From the IMG/VR virus record IMGVR_UViG_3300017553_000004, positions 1 to 48,281 of that record: a stretch of DNA of 48,281 nucleotides; one strand, written 5' to 3'. A program made the position numbers and the translations under genes. The notes under the pieces are model-generated. The model was not told where the DNA came from. It made no database searches and was given only the letters and a program-made list of their open reading frames with translations. This DNA is from a virus. Lineage: Duplodnaviria; Caudoviricetes. Numbering within the stretch: the stretch's first letter is position 1; every line of letters begins with the position of its first letter. This document shows, piece after piece, positions 1 to 8,603 of the stretch.

Positions 1-444
1 CCCTTCCCCGCTGCGGAGTACGCATCGCTGCAGCAGAACGGTAGCGCCAGCGTCACCGGCCAGGTGTTCATGAAGACGGCCGGTGGGACCGTGCAACTGG
101 GCGCCGGCAACGCCGTGATCCTGGAACCGGCCACCAGCTACTCCAGCGCCTACTACGCTGCCTACGGGAATCGAGATCCTGAGCCGCCGCGCGACTTCTA
201 CGGACAGGTGGAACCGCTGCAGCCGTCCTTCGATCCGCGGCGTAGCCAGTACGTGCGGCAGACGACGGCAGATGCCCAGGGCAACTTCCAGTTCAATGGG
301 CTGCCGGCGGGCCGCTACTTCGTGTCGTCGAAGGTCGTGTGGCTGGCCCCCGTAGGTGGGGGCGCCTGGCAGCAGGGAGGGACGGTGACGCAGGAGATCA
401 GCGTGGCGGACGGCCAGGCTGTGCGGGTGATGCTGACGCGCTGA
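1..444 (+). CDS. Carboxypeptidase-regulatory-like (prealbumin-fold) domain protein, 5'-truncated; possibly a host gene flanking the prophage
   Basis: Frame is open from base 1 (PFPAAEYASL...); motif TTADAQGNFQFNGLPAGRYFV; very GC3-rich; convergent with the phage lysis genes. Confidence 0.7.
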   Translation, partial: PFPAAEYASLQQNGSASVTGQVFMKTAGGTVQLGAGNAVILEPATSYSSAYYAAYGNRDPEPPRDFYGQVEPLQPSFDPRRSQYVRQTTADAQGNFQFNGLPAGRYFVSSKVVWLAPVGGGAWQQGGTVTQEISVADGQAVRVMLTR

Positions 445-448
445 GCCG

Positions 449-667
449 TCACTCAGTCTGATCCGCTAGGCGCCAGGCTTCGAAGTTCCATAGAGACACA
501 GAATCGGCGTTAGGACAGAGGACATTCCACACAGGAACCTCGTCCTCGCCGTCAAAATAGACATCCGCAAGCTCTAGCGTTCCTCGCACAACAGAGCCAT
601 CTTCAGAAAGCAGTTCCACTTCCTTCCCGCTATCACCCCAGCGAGGTAGGTCTTCGCACCATTCCAT
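449..667 (-). CDS. Small acidic hypothetical protein (moron-like)
   Basis: 72 aa ORF with AAGGAG RBS; lower GC than its flanks. Confidence 0.65.
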   Translation of the reverse strand: MEWCEDLPRWGDSGKEVELLSEDGSVVRGTLELADVYFDGEDEVPVWNVLCPNADSVSLWNFEAWRLADQTE

Positions 668-715
668 TTGCCATCTCCTTTCTAATCGCTCAATCGTACT
701 ACGCTCCGATCCATA

Positions 716-925
716 CTACTTGCCGGTGCGCTTCCAGCCGCAGCGCTGCGCGCCAGTCTCATTGTGCTCCTGGATCTGGCGGGCGGTGCCATCGGTAAAC
801 TGGTCGAGACGGCTGACGTAGATCGGCTTGGCCCAGGTGCAGCCGAGGTCAGTCCCTTGACCACTCGTTACGCAGCCGCTCAGCAGCAGCACCGTCAGGC
901 TGGCGATCGACACGCATTTCAACAT
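716..925 (-). CDS. o-spanin (Rz1-like lipoprotein)
   Basis: MLKCVSIASLTVLLLSGC lipobox plus further Cys residues; overlaps the 3' end of the i-spanin in another frame. Confidence 0.85.
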   Translation of the reverse strand: MLKCVSIASLTVLLLSGCVTSGQGTDLGCTWAKPIYVSRLDQFTDGTARQIQEHNETGAQRCGWKRTGK

Positions 926-1088
926 CGGAACGCTCCCGGGCGGCCTCGATCGTCCGCCGCTGAGTTTTCTGCTCGGTTGCCTTGCGCGCTGCACGGCCGC
1001 CCAAGGCGTAGGCGCCGAACAGCACCAGCACGACGGCCACGAGAGTTAACAGCGCGGCCTGGATACGGCCCCACAGCGTGGCGATCAT
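849..1088 (-). CDS. i-spanin (Rz-like)
   Basis: ATG at 1088; N-terminal TM helix (AALLTLVAVVLVLFGAYALG) followed by a helical charged region; 79 aa. Confidence 0.85.
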   Translation of the reverse strand: MIATLWGRIQAALLTLVAVVLVLFGAYALGGRAARKATEQKTQRRTIEAARERSDVEMRVDRQPDGAAAERLRNEWSRD

Positions 1089-1420
1089 GCTTCGTCGTCC
1101 AGGTTGGGGAGATCGACCGTCTGGCCTGCCAGGGCATGCGTGCAGTCGCTCAGGAACTGGATGCGGCCATCGGTGACGAAGGAGTGGCAGACGATCTGCT
1201 CGCGCTCCCCGCTCTCCAGTAGGCGCCAGGGATACCGAACCAGAATCGACGGCTGGAAGCTCGGCCGATCTGCGCTGCCGTTCCAGGTCCAGCGAGGACC
1301 AGGCCCCTCCCCCACGCTGATCCCATGCACCATCTGGCAACCAGGGCACAGGAAGTACAGCCGCCCCTCGTCGACGTCGGCGCGCTCCAGTACCGCGGAT
1401 AGACGCACGAAGCCGCTCAT
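1085..1420 (-). CDS. DUF6527-like Cys/His protein inside the lysis cassette
   Basis: CPGC..H..W.WNG...PSF.PSI...CHSFVTDG.IQFL.DCTH pattern; ATGA overlaps with both neighbours. Confidence 0.7.
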   Translation of the reverse strand: MSGFVRLSAVLERADVDEGRLYFLCPGCQMVHGISVGEGPGPRWTWNGSADRPSFQPSILVRYPWRLLESGEREQIVCHSFVTDGRIQFLSDCTHALAGQTVDLPNLDDEA

Positions 1421-2124
1421 TCCAGCCCCGCTTGGTGCTTCCGCACCTGGCTCCAGGCGATGAATACCGCCACGGCGATAGTCGCCACACCGAAAGCAAT
1501 GCGGATCCACGAGCCAGAACTGATGTTGGCGTCCTGCTGGCTCATCGCGTCAGCGACCTTCGGCATGACGTCGCCCAGTTGTGCCAGGCCCAGGGCGCCG
1601 ACAGAGGTTGCACCGACGGTCTCCTTGGTCACCGGGATCTTAGCCACCTGGGCGGCCGGTTGGATCACGCCAGCGCGGCGTAGCCCCTCGTCGATCTGCG
1701 CCGGATTCCAGCGATACGCCTTGCCGGTACGAGGATCGACGCCGGTCTCGTGGTTGGCGATGGCCTCGACCAGCGGGCGGGCGTAGACGTACTGGTGGGT
1801 GTCGATCGGATCGTCGGCCCGCACACCTACCGCCTTGGCCACGGCCCGCACGTAGGCATCGGTGTTGTTCTCGTTGGACGGAGCCCAGCGGTTGATGATC
1901 TTGCGGATGGTGTCGGCGCCGTAGCGGTCGTGGTAGGTCTGCAGGAGCAGCGCTAGCGCCCGGAAGCCGTAGACCGGAGACTCGAACACCTCGAAGCGCG
2001 GCTCAGCGAGCTGGTCGGCGTTGCGCTGGTCCATGGGGAGGATCCCGAGCCACTTGTTCGCCGGAGCGTGATCGATGTTCCCTGGGTTGTTGTTGCGCAC
2101 AGAGCGCGGGGCCTTGGCGGTCAT
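1417..2124 (-). CDS. Endolysin (RNNNPGNI family) with C-terminal hydrophobic segments
   Basis: RSVRNNNPGNI, FESPVYGFRA, IINRWAPSNENNTDAY, HETG; lies between holin-like gene and spanins. Confidence 0.8.
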   Translation of the reverse strand: MTAKAPRSVRNNNPGNIDHAPANKWLGILPMDQRNADQLAEPRFEVFESPVYGFRALALLLQTYHDRYGADTIRKIINRWAPSNENNTDAYVRAVAKAVGVRADDPIDTHQYVYARPLVEAIANHETGVDPRTGKAYRWNPAQIDEGLRRAGVIQPAAQVAKIPVTKETVGATSVGALGLAQLGDVMPKVADAMSQQDANISSGSWIRIAFGVATIAVAVFIAWSQVRKHQAGLE

Positions 2125-2513
2125 TTAGTCCACCCTCGCAGGGTTGCCGGGCTTGACGGTGACAGCCGGCGGTTGATGTCTTCGAGGGTGCTCCTCACCT
2201 CGCGAAAGTCCTCGCGGTTCTCCTTGCGGAGAGTCTCGGTCGCGACTCGAACCTCTTTTGCGGTATCAGCCTGGGCGGCACTCACGCGGTCCACGTCGAC
2301 GCGGAGCATCGAGATGTCGCGCTGCTGGTTCGCGTCGGCGGCGGCCAGATCGTTGTAGGTCTTCACCCCGAAGGTGACGACGCCGGCCATCATGGTGACC
2401 AGGGTAATGATGGTGGGAATGTTGATCGTCAGGTCCATCTGAACCCTGTGGCGCCCCTCCGGAGGGCGGGGGTGCTGCGGCGGCGTATCCAGGGCTCGAA
2501 GGTTGTCGGTCAT
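2121..2513 (-). CDS. Holin/antiholin-like single-TM protein
   Basis: One TM helix (IPTIITLVTMMAGVVTFGV) plus coiled coil; first gene of the lysis cassette; start uncertain. Confidence 0.6.
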   Translation of the reverse strand: MTDNLRALDTPPQHPRPPEGRHRVQMDLTINIPTIITLVTMMAGVVTFGVKTYNDLAAADANQQRDISMLRVDVDRVSAAQADTAKEVRVATETLRKENREDFREVRSTLEDINRRLSPSSPATLRGWTK

Positions 2514-2533
2514 TGGGCACCTTGCAGCGGATA

Positions 2534-2550
2534 ATCAACATTTAGTTGAT
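2534..2550. promoter_or_regulatory. Operator ATCAAC-N5-GTTGAT (perfect) upstream of the lysis cassette
   Basis: ATCAACATTTAGTTGAT; exact reverse complement of the sites at 18403 and 27983. Confidence 0.75.
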
Positions 2551-2583
2551 AATAGTAGCGACGAGCCACGCCGAGGGCAATCT

Positions 2584-2862
2584 CTAGGCCCAGGTGCGCC
2601 AGGGCGTTTCCGGTTCAGGCAGCTCCACGCCGGCCGGCCAGGTCAGTGGCGCATTGCTGCGCACGTTGGCGAAGTAGCCCGGGCGAGCCACCGGCTCCGC
2701 GCCCTCTTCTGCCGGTACGTCGTACCAGGTGCCGATGATGTCGAGCGCAACGCCATCAGCCGGGAGCAGGTTGCCCTGCTCGCTGATAGTCGCGGCGCCG
2801 GAAGCGGCCAAGGCTTCGCGCATGGCGGCCTCGTCGGCCACTCGGATGTAGTAGTCGATCAT
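2584..2862 (-). CDS. Fibre-associated small protein (chaperone-like)
   Basis: 92 aa; ATGA-coupled to the fibre gene; PGYFANVR...PETPWRTWA ending. Confidence 0.7.
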   Translation of the reverse strand: MIDYYIRVADEAAMREALAASGAATISEQGNLLPADGVALDIIGTWYDVPAEEGAEPVARPGYFANVRSNAPLTWPAGVELPEPETPWRTWA

Positions 2863-4169
2863 GCGGTGATCCTCTGCAGTTCGTTGTCGAACAGCCGGCG
2901 GGGCCAGTAACGGATACGGCGGATGTGGCCGTTCCAGAATCTGCCGGTGCCAATTGAACCGATTACCATTCGACTCAAGCCAGATGGCACGCCTCCAGAT
3001 GTGTCTACAGATGCCTGGCTGCCATTTACGGAAATAGCAAAGGAGTTAATTGAATAAGCCGCAGCCCATGTTCTTTTTGCTCCTGCCGCAGGAGCAGACA
3101 ACAATGCGACATCACTCCCTCCGACAGTAACTACCAACCCCAAACTTTCCGTTGAGCCGTCTTTGTCCATACCGATTCGATTAGAGACACCTCCATTATC
3201 AAAATGAACTGCATAAGGCGATTGAGCGCCCAATGCAGTTGGCAGCCCCGGCGCACCAGCTTCAACTAGAATCGTTCCCTCTGCCGGGTTGAACCAAGGA
3301 CTCAGCGTAATCACGCTCGCCACGTCAGCAGCGCGGGTTACCTGTGCGCTGGTGGTGGGGATGTAGCTGGTGGGGAAACTACCAACTTCAATCTGAGGCT
3401 GCCCATAAGTCAATGCTCCAGTGGTTGCATTATTACGGGTAATACTCCCATCAGTATTCCATGCAGGATAACAACGCATACCAGCGTAAGTAGTATCCGC
3501 CCCCATCTGAACAACTATCCAGACACGCCAAGAGGTCCCTTGGTCTATTACTCCAGAAGCCATTACACCCGCAGCGGACGTGGCAGTAATAACGCCAGTG
3601 TTGGGATTGAAAATCACAGATCGGCCGATGATCGTAGGGCCGTATGCGATACCAATAGCCCCGAAGTGCGGCGCGCCAACGGTCTTTTTCACCGACACCG
3701 ATGCGCAGAGGATGGTATTGGCAGTCGTAGCGACATTCTGATACCAGAAGTCATCGCTATTAGAGTTGTCGATCAGGTCAACGAAGTTAGCCAACCCCAT
3801 GTTGAACGTGGATTCGGCACGAGCCAGCCCACCATTCAAGGAGCCATAAGCGAGCATGTTCTCGCTATTGGTATAGAGGTTGGTGCGCTGCTCCTCCACC
3901 AACAGCCCGCGCAGCGCCAGCGTCACGGGATCGTAGTCGATGCGGGGCTGGTTGGCGGCGACCTGCTCCAGCACGCCGGAGGCATTGAAGCGCCAGGCAG
4001 CGCTCGACCGGGCAAACGTGATCAGGTCGGCGAAGGCGACGCTGCTCATGCCGCCGGCGCCGTCGGACACCTTGTAGGTCTGAGCCAGGAAGTCCAGGTC
4101 GAGGGTGGGCAGCGCGGCCGGGCTACCCACGGCCAGGCGCTTGAGCAGGGGTTTCAGTGCGGCGCCCAT
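2859..4169 (-). CDS. Head-spike/fibre protein with LamG/concanavalin-like domains
   Basis: TFARSS, PRIDYDP...GLLVEEQRTN, TSYIPTT...VTRAAD and GHIRRIRYWPRRL motifs. Confidence 0.75.
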   Translation of the reverse strand: MGAALKPLLKRLAVGSPAALPTLDLDFLAQTYKVSDGAGGMSSVAFADLITFARSSAAWRFNASGVLEQVAANQPRIDYDPVTLALRGLLVEEQRTNLYTNSENMLAYGSLNGGLARAESTFNMGLANFVDLIDNSNSDDFWYQNVATTANTILCASVSVKKTVGAPHFGAIGIAYGPTIIGRSVIFNPNTGVITATSAAGVMASGVIDQGTSWRVWIVVQMGADTTYAGMRCYPAWNTDGSITRNNATTGALTYGQPQIEVGSFPTSYIPTTSAQVTRAADVASVITLSPWFNPAEGTILVEAGAPGLPTALGAQSPYAVHFDNGGVSNRIGMDKDGSTESLGLVVTVGGSDVALLSAPAAGAKRTWAAAYSINSFAISVNGSQASVDTSGGVPSGLSRMVIGSIGTGRFWNGHIRRIRYWPRRLFDNELQRITA

Positions 4170-4170
4170 G

Positions 4171-4461
4171 TCACACCGCCCCGGATGCGATGGCGTTGAT
4201 GCCGGCGGCGGAGGCCTGCAGTTGCAGCGTCTCGCCGCTGCCGATGTTCAGGCTGCGCAGGTCCAGGGCGTAGCTGCTCGACGCGGGGACCGAACTGGCG
4301 GGCAGGATCACCGCGCCGCCGGACAGGCGCAGTTGCACGCTGATGGCGTTGGCCGGATCGGTGTTGGCGACCAGGATCGAAGCCAGGATGGCAGCCTCGC
4401 CGACTACGTCGGTCCAGGTGTTGTTCGTGTAGGCGGTCAGCTTCCAGTTCTTCGGCGTCAT
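4171..4461 (-). CDS. Virion structural protein (fibre module)
   Basis: 96 aa beta-rich ORF tightly packed within the late operon. Confidence 0.65.
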   Translation of the reverse strand: MTPKNWKLTAYTNNTWTDVVGEAAILASILVANTDPANAISVQLRLSGGAVILPASSVPASSSYALDLRSLNIGSGETLQLQASAAGINAIASGAV

Positions 4462-4463
4462 GG

Positions 4464-5156
4464 TCAGAGCCCCATCCAGATCATCGTTTCCAGCGGCTGT
4501 AGCGCCGTCGCGACAGCCGCATTGGTTGGCAGTTCGGTAGAGCCCACCCCCACGTTCGCCAGTGCCGCACTGCCGAGTTCATCCAGCGACAGCGTGGCTT
4601 GCTGCCAGTTCGCAGCACCGGTACTCGCATTGAGGCAAAGCCACATCTCGCCGGTCGTTGTGTTCACCCATCGGCTAAGCACGCTATAGCCCTGCACCTG
4701 GTCATCCGCCGCAGACGGGTTGGTTGTAGCGGTGAGGTTGTCTTTCCGCTTGGGCTCGTAGCGCACATCGGCGTCCGCCTGCGAAATACCCCCAGCAGAC
4801 TTCTCGCTCCATGCTGTGCCGCTGTACTCGTACGTTTTCACCTGCCCGTAGGCGTCCAGTTCGCCAGAAACCTGTACGCGCCAGCCGGATTTAGGCACTA
4901 GGTATTCCCACTGGGCCGTGGTAGCTCCCGTCGCCCACCAGCGAGCGATCTTGTTGGCGTTGGTCCCAGTCCCAATGAAGATGTAGGCATCCCCCTCTAC
5001 CTGGCCGGTAGTCGGGAGCGCCGAAAGGCGACTCTTTACGACGGGCTGCCGGAGGAAGTCATCCCACCGCCACATTGCCACCAGTTGCGCGTAATGTGCC
5101 TCGCCGGGAGCGCCATTGATCAGAAGGCCTGTGTTAGGCCCGGTGGCCAGTGTCAT
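4464..5156 (-). CDS. DUF2793-like tail/fibre protein
   Basis: GDAYI...KIARW...WEYLVPKSGW motif; follows the central tail protein. Confidence 0.7.
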   Translation of the reverse strand: MTLATGPNTGLLINGAPGEAHYAQLVAMWRWDDFLRQPVVKSRLSALPTTGQVEGDAYIFIGTGTNANKIARWWATGATTAQWEYLVPKSGWRVQVSGELDAYGQVKTYEYSGTAWSEKSAGGISQADADVRYEPKRKDNLTATTNPSAADDQVQGYSVLSRWVNTTTGEMWLCLNASTGAANWQQATLSLDELGSAALANVGVGSTELPTNAAVATALQPLETMIWMGL

Positions 5157-7345
5157 GCTGCGACTCCTCCGAGATCCTCGCCCAGGTGGAAGCCCAGGCC
5201 GTGGCGATCAATTGTGATGTCGTGCCGCTGCCAGGACGCGAGGCCGTCACGCGAGCTGGCGAGCACTAAGCGTGGCGTCTGCAGCACACCGTCTGCGACC
5301 ACGTCGGCCAGGGCATACGACCAAGAGGTACTGGTGATCCCCGTGTAGGTGCGCTTTAACGTGGTGCCGTCGAACACCTGCACGGTATAGGTCGCACCAA
5401 CTTCCGGGCCGATGTTACCACTCGTGAACGGCACCAAATCAACCGTTTGTTGATTCCTGTCGCGATGAGACCACGTCACGGCCAGGTCGCCGTACACCTT
5501 GGCTGGGAAGTAGGCGCTGTTCACCTTGACGTTGCCGGGCGGATACGGACGAGAGGCCCGGTTCGCCATCGTCACGCTGTAGGCGGGCGATGAGGCAAGA
5601 GGCAAGGTGCCTCGACCGGTACGCGTGAGCGGCTTGTAGTAGGCCACCTCGGCGCTGGTACGCTGCGTTGGATCGTACACGTCAGCCTGGTCCATGAACC
5701 AGGCCCTGGCGCCCTCGACGTGGAGCGCTGGCACGGTGTCGAGCACGGCACGCGTTGCAATGACGACACCGGTAGACGGGTTGATCGCTGTGACGCCGAA
5801 AGCCTCGTTGTCGATATAGAAGTAGGTGCCGAGGTCGACCTCGTCGACATCGATCATGTTGCGCAGCGTGAACGTCACGGGGCCCGCGCTTATCGGCATG
5901 TCGGCTGCGAGCGTGCCGCTGGCAACGAAGTCTCCCGCCGCCATGAACGAATAGGGGCCCGCGTTGGCAGGGGCCTCCCACAGATCGAAGCCATAGCTGT
6001 CTGCGGTCGGCTTCACCGCAAGTACCCCGCCGAATCCGAAGCCTGGTTCGAGATATGCGATATCCGCCGCGCTCATCTGGTGTACCAGGTCCCAGTACGA
6101 AGCCTCGATTGCGCGAGCAGCAATGGCCGGTGCAGGCGGGTTCAACGGCTCAACCCACCCTGACGGCTGCTGGCCGGTGTAGGCGTTGCTGGGCAGCCCG
6201 AAGATGTCTTCCAGGGCCTCGATCTCAATGCTATCCGGCAACGAGCCAGGACGAATTGCCGTGACGCGGAATGGCGCTCCATTGATTCCTAAACGCGGCC
6301 AGGTCAATTTGAACACCTTGCCGAGCATCCAGCGGCTGGCCACGCGGTTCACAGTCAGCGTGACCTTGGCCAACGGGGAGGAGGCGATATTCAGGTCTCG
6401 CATGGCCGCACGCACAGCCAGATCGAACTCCCGAATGGCTGGGTAACTACGAGTCGTCGACACCACCGCACCCTGCGCAGCGATGCTCGCCGGGTCTTGA
6501 ACGGCGACAGTCGCGTCGTTCTGATCACGATCGGTGTAGGTGACAACGATCTCGTTGGCGGTATCGCCCCAGGCGACGCGCTGGAACGAATCCAGCGAGA
6601 GGATGTTAGAGGGGTTCAGCTCAGGGAGCGACGCCACGTCATAGTCGTCCCGAATGAGCACCAGGACGAAACGCCCCGTCTCCATATCGAGCCCCTGGGC
6701 CGCATTGATGTGATTGACGAACAACTGGACGACGTCTTCGATCGAGGACTGGTCCTCCCACACCCAGGAGAGCCCGAAGCCCTCGCTGTACAGCTTATCG
6801 GCTGCCGCGCGGAAGCTGGTGTCATCAATGTCATCCGGCGAGTACCCCATCCCCCACTCCGTGTCGGTGAGGCACTGGTAGATGATGTGCGCCGGGTTCA
6901 TGTCGCGCCCGATCTGCGCCTTCTCCGGATACCACGCCGAGCCGCGGCTCCATCCCTTCAAGATCCTGCGAACACGCCACCACGGCGCCTTGAAGTACGG
7001 GTTCATTGCCGACCAATAGAACTGGCGGAACACTGTCGTGAGCAGCCCCACGTAACCCGGGACGATGCCATCGGTTTTGCTGACCAGATAGGGATTCGGC
7101 TCCTGAGTATCGTCCCCCATGCAGATGTCGATAGTTCCGGCCCAACCGCCTTCTCTTGACGTACCGCCGAACAGTTCCTCCTGGCTGATGGTGATGCTGC
7201 CCGATGACGTCACGTTGCCCGTCCAGGCCGAGCGGTCACCTCCGATGAGTTCCAGCACTGCGTCTACAGGGCCGTGACATACGGCCAGCTGAACGCCCAT
7301 GAAATACTTGTAGCCGACCGTCTGCGACTTGCTTCCGGAACTCAT
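5153..7345 (-). CDS. Tail tip/baseplate hub protein (gpJ-like, GTA-type)
   Basis: 730 aa; VGYKYFMG..AVCHGPVD, MNPAHII...WGMG and RPYPPGNVKVN motifs. Confidence 0.9.
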   Translation of the reverse strand: MSSGSKSQTVGYKYFMGVQLAVCHGPVDAVLELIGGDRSAWTGNVTSSGSITISQEELFGGTSREGGWAGTIDICMGDDTQEPNPYLVSKTDGIVPGYVGLLTTVFRQFYWSAMNPYFKAPWWRVRRILKGWSRGSAWYPEKAQIGRDMNPAHIIYQCLTDTEWGMGYSPDDIDDTSFRAAADKLYSEGFGLSWVWEDQSSIEDVVQLFVNHINAAQGLDMETGRFVLVLIRDDYDVASLPELNPSNILSLDSFQRVAWGDTANEIVVTYTDRDQNDATVAVQDPASIAAQGAVVSTTRSYPAIREFDLAVRAAMRDLNIASSPLAKVTLTVNRVASRWMLGKVFKLTWPRLGINGAPFRVTAIRPGSLPDSIEIEALEDIFGLPSNAYTGQQPSGWVEPLNPPAPAIAARAIEASYWDLVHQMSAADIAYLEPGFGFGGVLAVKPTADSYGFDLWEAPANAGPYSFMAAGDFVASGTLAADMPISAGPVTFTLRNMIDVDEVDLGTYFYIDNEAFGVTAINPSTGVVIATRAVLDTVPALHVEGARAWFMDQADVYDPTQRTSAEVAYYKPLTRTGRGTLPLASSPAYSVTMANRASRPYPPGNVKVNSAYFPAKVYGDLAVTWSHRDRNQQTVDLVPFTSGNIGPEVGATYTVQVFDGTTLKRTYTGITSTSWSYALADVVADGVLQTPRLVLASSRDGLASWQRHDITIDRHGLGFHLGEDLGGVAA

Positions 7346-7539
7346 GCTTCACCTGCCTGGCGGCGGCGCGCCTGCTCGACGACAGCGCGAGCCATCTCAT
7401 CGTCGATGCGTTCGATCTGCTCGATGGGCAGTCCTTCCTCCTTGAAGGTCCACCAGTCCAGCCCATGCCGGCGGAAAAACTTAGCTGCACCTGGACGGCA
7501 GTAGCCGAGCACCACTGCGTCTTCGAGTAGGACCTTCAC
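7342..7539 (-). CDS. Small tail assembly protein
   Basis: GTG start overlapping upstream stop; YCRPGA..FFRRHGLDW..F..EGLP motif. Confidence 0.8.
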   Translation of the reverse strand: MKVLLEDAVVLGYCRPGAAKFFRRHGLDWWTFKEEGLPIEQIERIDDEMARAVVEQARRRQAGEA

Positions 7540-7766
7540 TTCTTGCCCCCCTTCGACTTGATTTTCGTGATCTTCGGATCGCCGTACCAAATGACGTTGG
7601 TGTTCTTCAGCAGGTTCTCCCCGAACACGACGGGCACGTTGCCCCCCTCCTCAGCCGTCGGGATATCCAGACTGCCGGCCTCGGGCTTCATGCCCTGATT
7701 CATTGAAGAGGTCATGGCGTAGGAGATGACCATCATTGCCACGGCGATCGCCAGTTGAACCCACAT
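7536..7766 (-). CDS. Small tail assembly protein (N-terminal hydrophobic)
   Basis: PTAEEGGNVPVVFG...NVIWYGD...GGKK motif. Confidence 0.85.
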   Translation of the reverse strand: MWVQLAIAVAMMVISYAMTSSMNQGMKPEAGSLDIPTAEEGGNVPVVFGENLLKNTNVIWYGDPKITKIKSKGGKK

Positions 7767-7778
7767 GTCGATGCTTCC

Positions 7779-8603
7779 TCAGTAGATCGGCGTGCCGCCG
7801 AACGGGTTCTTTTTCGGGATGTAGAAACAGCCGCCGTAACGTCGCGGATTAGCAAACTTGAGGCAGCCCCCGGGGCTGAGGGTGTGGTCACAGCCTGGGT
7901 ACAGCGTCACCGACTGAAGGCCGGCCAGGGCGACTGGCAGCGATGCCAGCGTCAGCACGCCGGTTGCTCCGACAGAAGAGCGAACCATCCGCTTCTCGAC
8001 GTTGCCGTTGAGATTGTTCTCCCAGGTGATGTAGCCGCCCGCGTAGAAGTTGTCGGGCTTGCCAACAGCACTGAACACAGAGATCGAGAGCCCCGACATG
8101 CCGCTGACGGTGCTCACCTCCTTGAAGGCGTCGCGAGATACGCCGCAGCCGGCGCCGTAGAGAGCGTGCGGGCAGTTGCTCGAATAACGACGCCGCAGCC
8201 CCATCCGCTTCATCGACGTGAAGATGGTGTCGCTGGTCAGCTCGACGTAGGCGCCCTTCCACTCGGCGTTGACGATGCGGCCCTTCCACGCAACCACGAA
8301 ACCGTCGTCCAGGTAGTGCTGACTCCAGGCAGTCACGATCACCGGTTCCGATGGCGGCTGGATGCGAAATATCTCAGCAACTTCCACGTCACGTGCGAAC
8401 GTGAAGGTGCCGGACGATTTATTCGAATCGGAACTCGATTCGCGATCAGGCACCTTCATCGGTACAGGCTTGAACGTGCGCCCGTCGAACACGATCTCCC
8501 GGTCGGCGCTGGTGTAGAACCAGAGGTTGCCGGTGTAGGAGATCTGGCACAGTTCGATGGGCCGACCGCTGTCGACGCTCTGCTCAATGCTGTCGAAGCT
8601 CAT
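7779..8603 (-). CDS. Phage BR0599/DUF2163 family tail tip protein (gpL-like, Fe-S)
   Basis: CPHALYGAGC and YPGCDHT...C..F.N..YGG..IP.KNP; start MSFDS overlaps upstream stop. Confidence 0.9.
   Translation of the reverse strand: MSFDSIEQSVDSGRPIELCQISYTGNLWFYTSADREIVFDGRTFKPVPMKVPDRESSSDSNKSSGTFTFARDVEVAEIFRIQPPSEPVIVTAWSQHYLDDGFVVAWKGRIVNAEWKGAYVELTSDTIFTSMKRMGLRRRYSSNCPHALYGAGCGVSRDAFKEVSTVSGMSGLSISVFSAVGKPDNFYAGGYITWENNLNGNVEKRMVRSSVGATGVLTLASLPVALAGLQSVTLYPGCDHTLSPGGCLKFANPRRYGGCFYIPKKNPFGGTPIY

Noticed and set aside
2859-5156. Diversity-generating retroelement or invertase acting on the fibre genes
   Set aside because: No reverse transcriptase, recombinase, TR/VR pair or inverted crossover sites seen in the window
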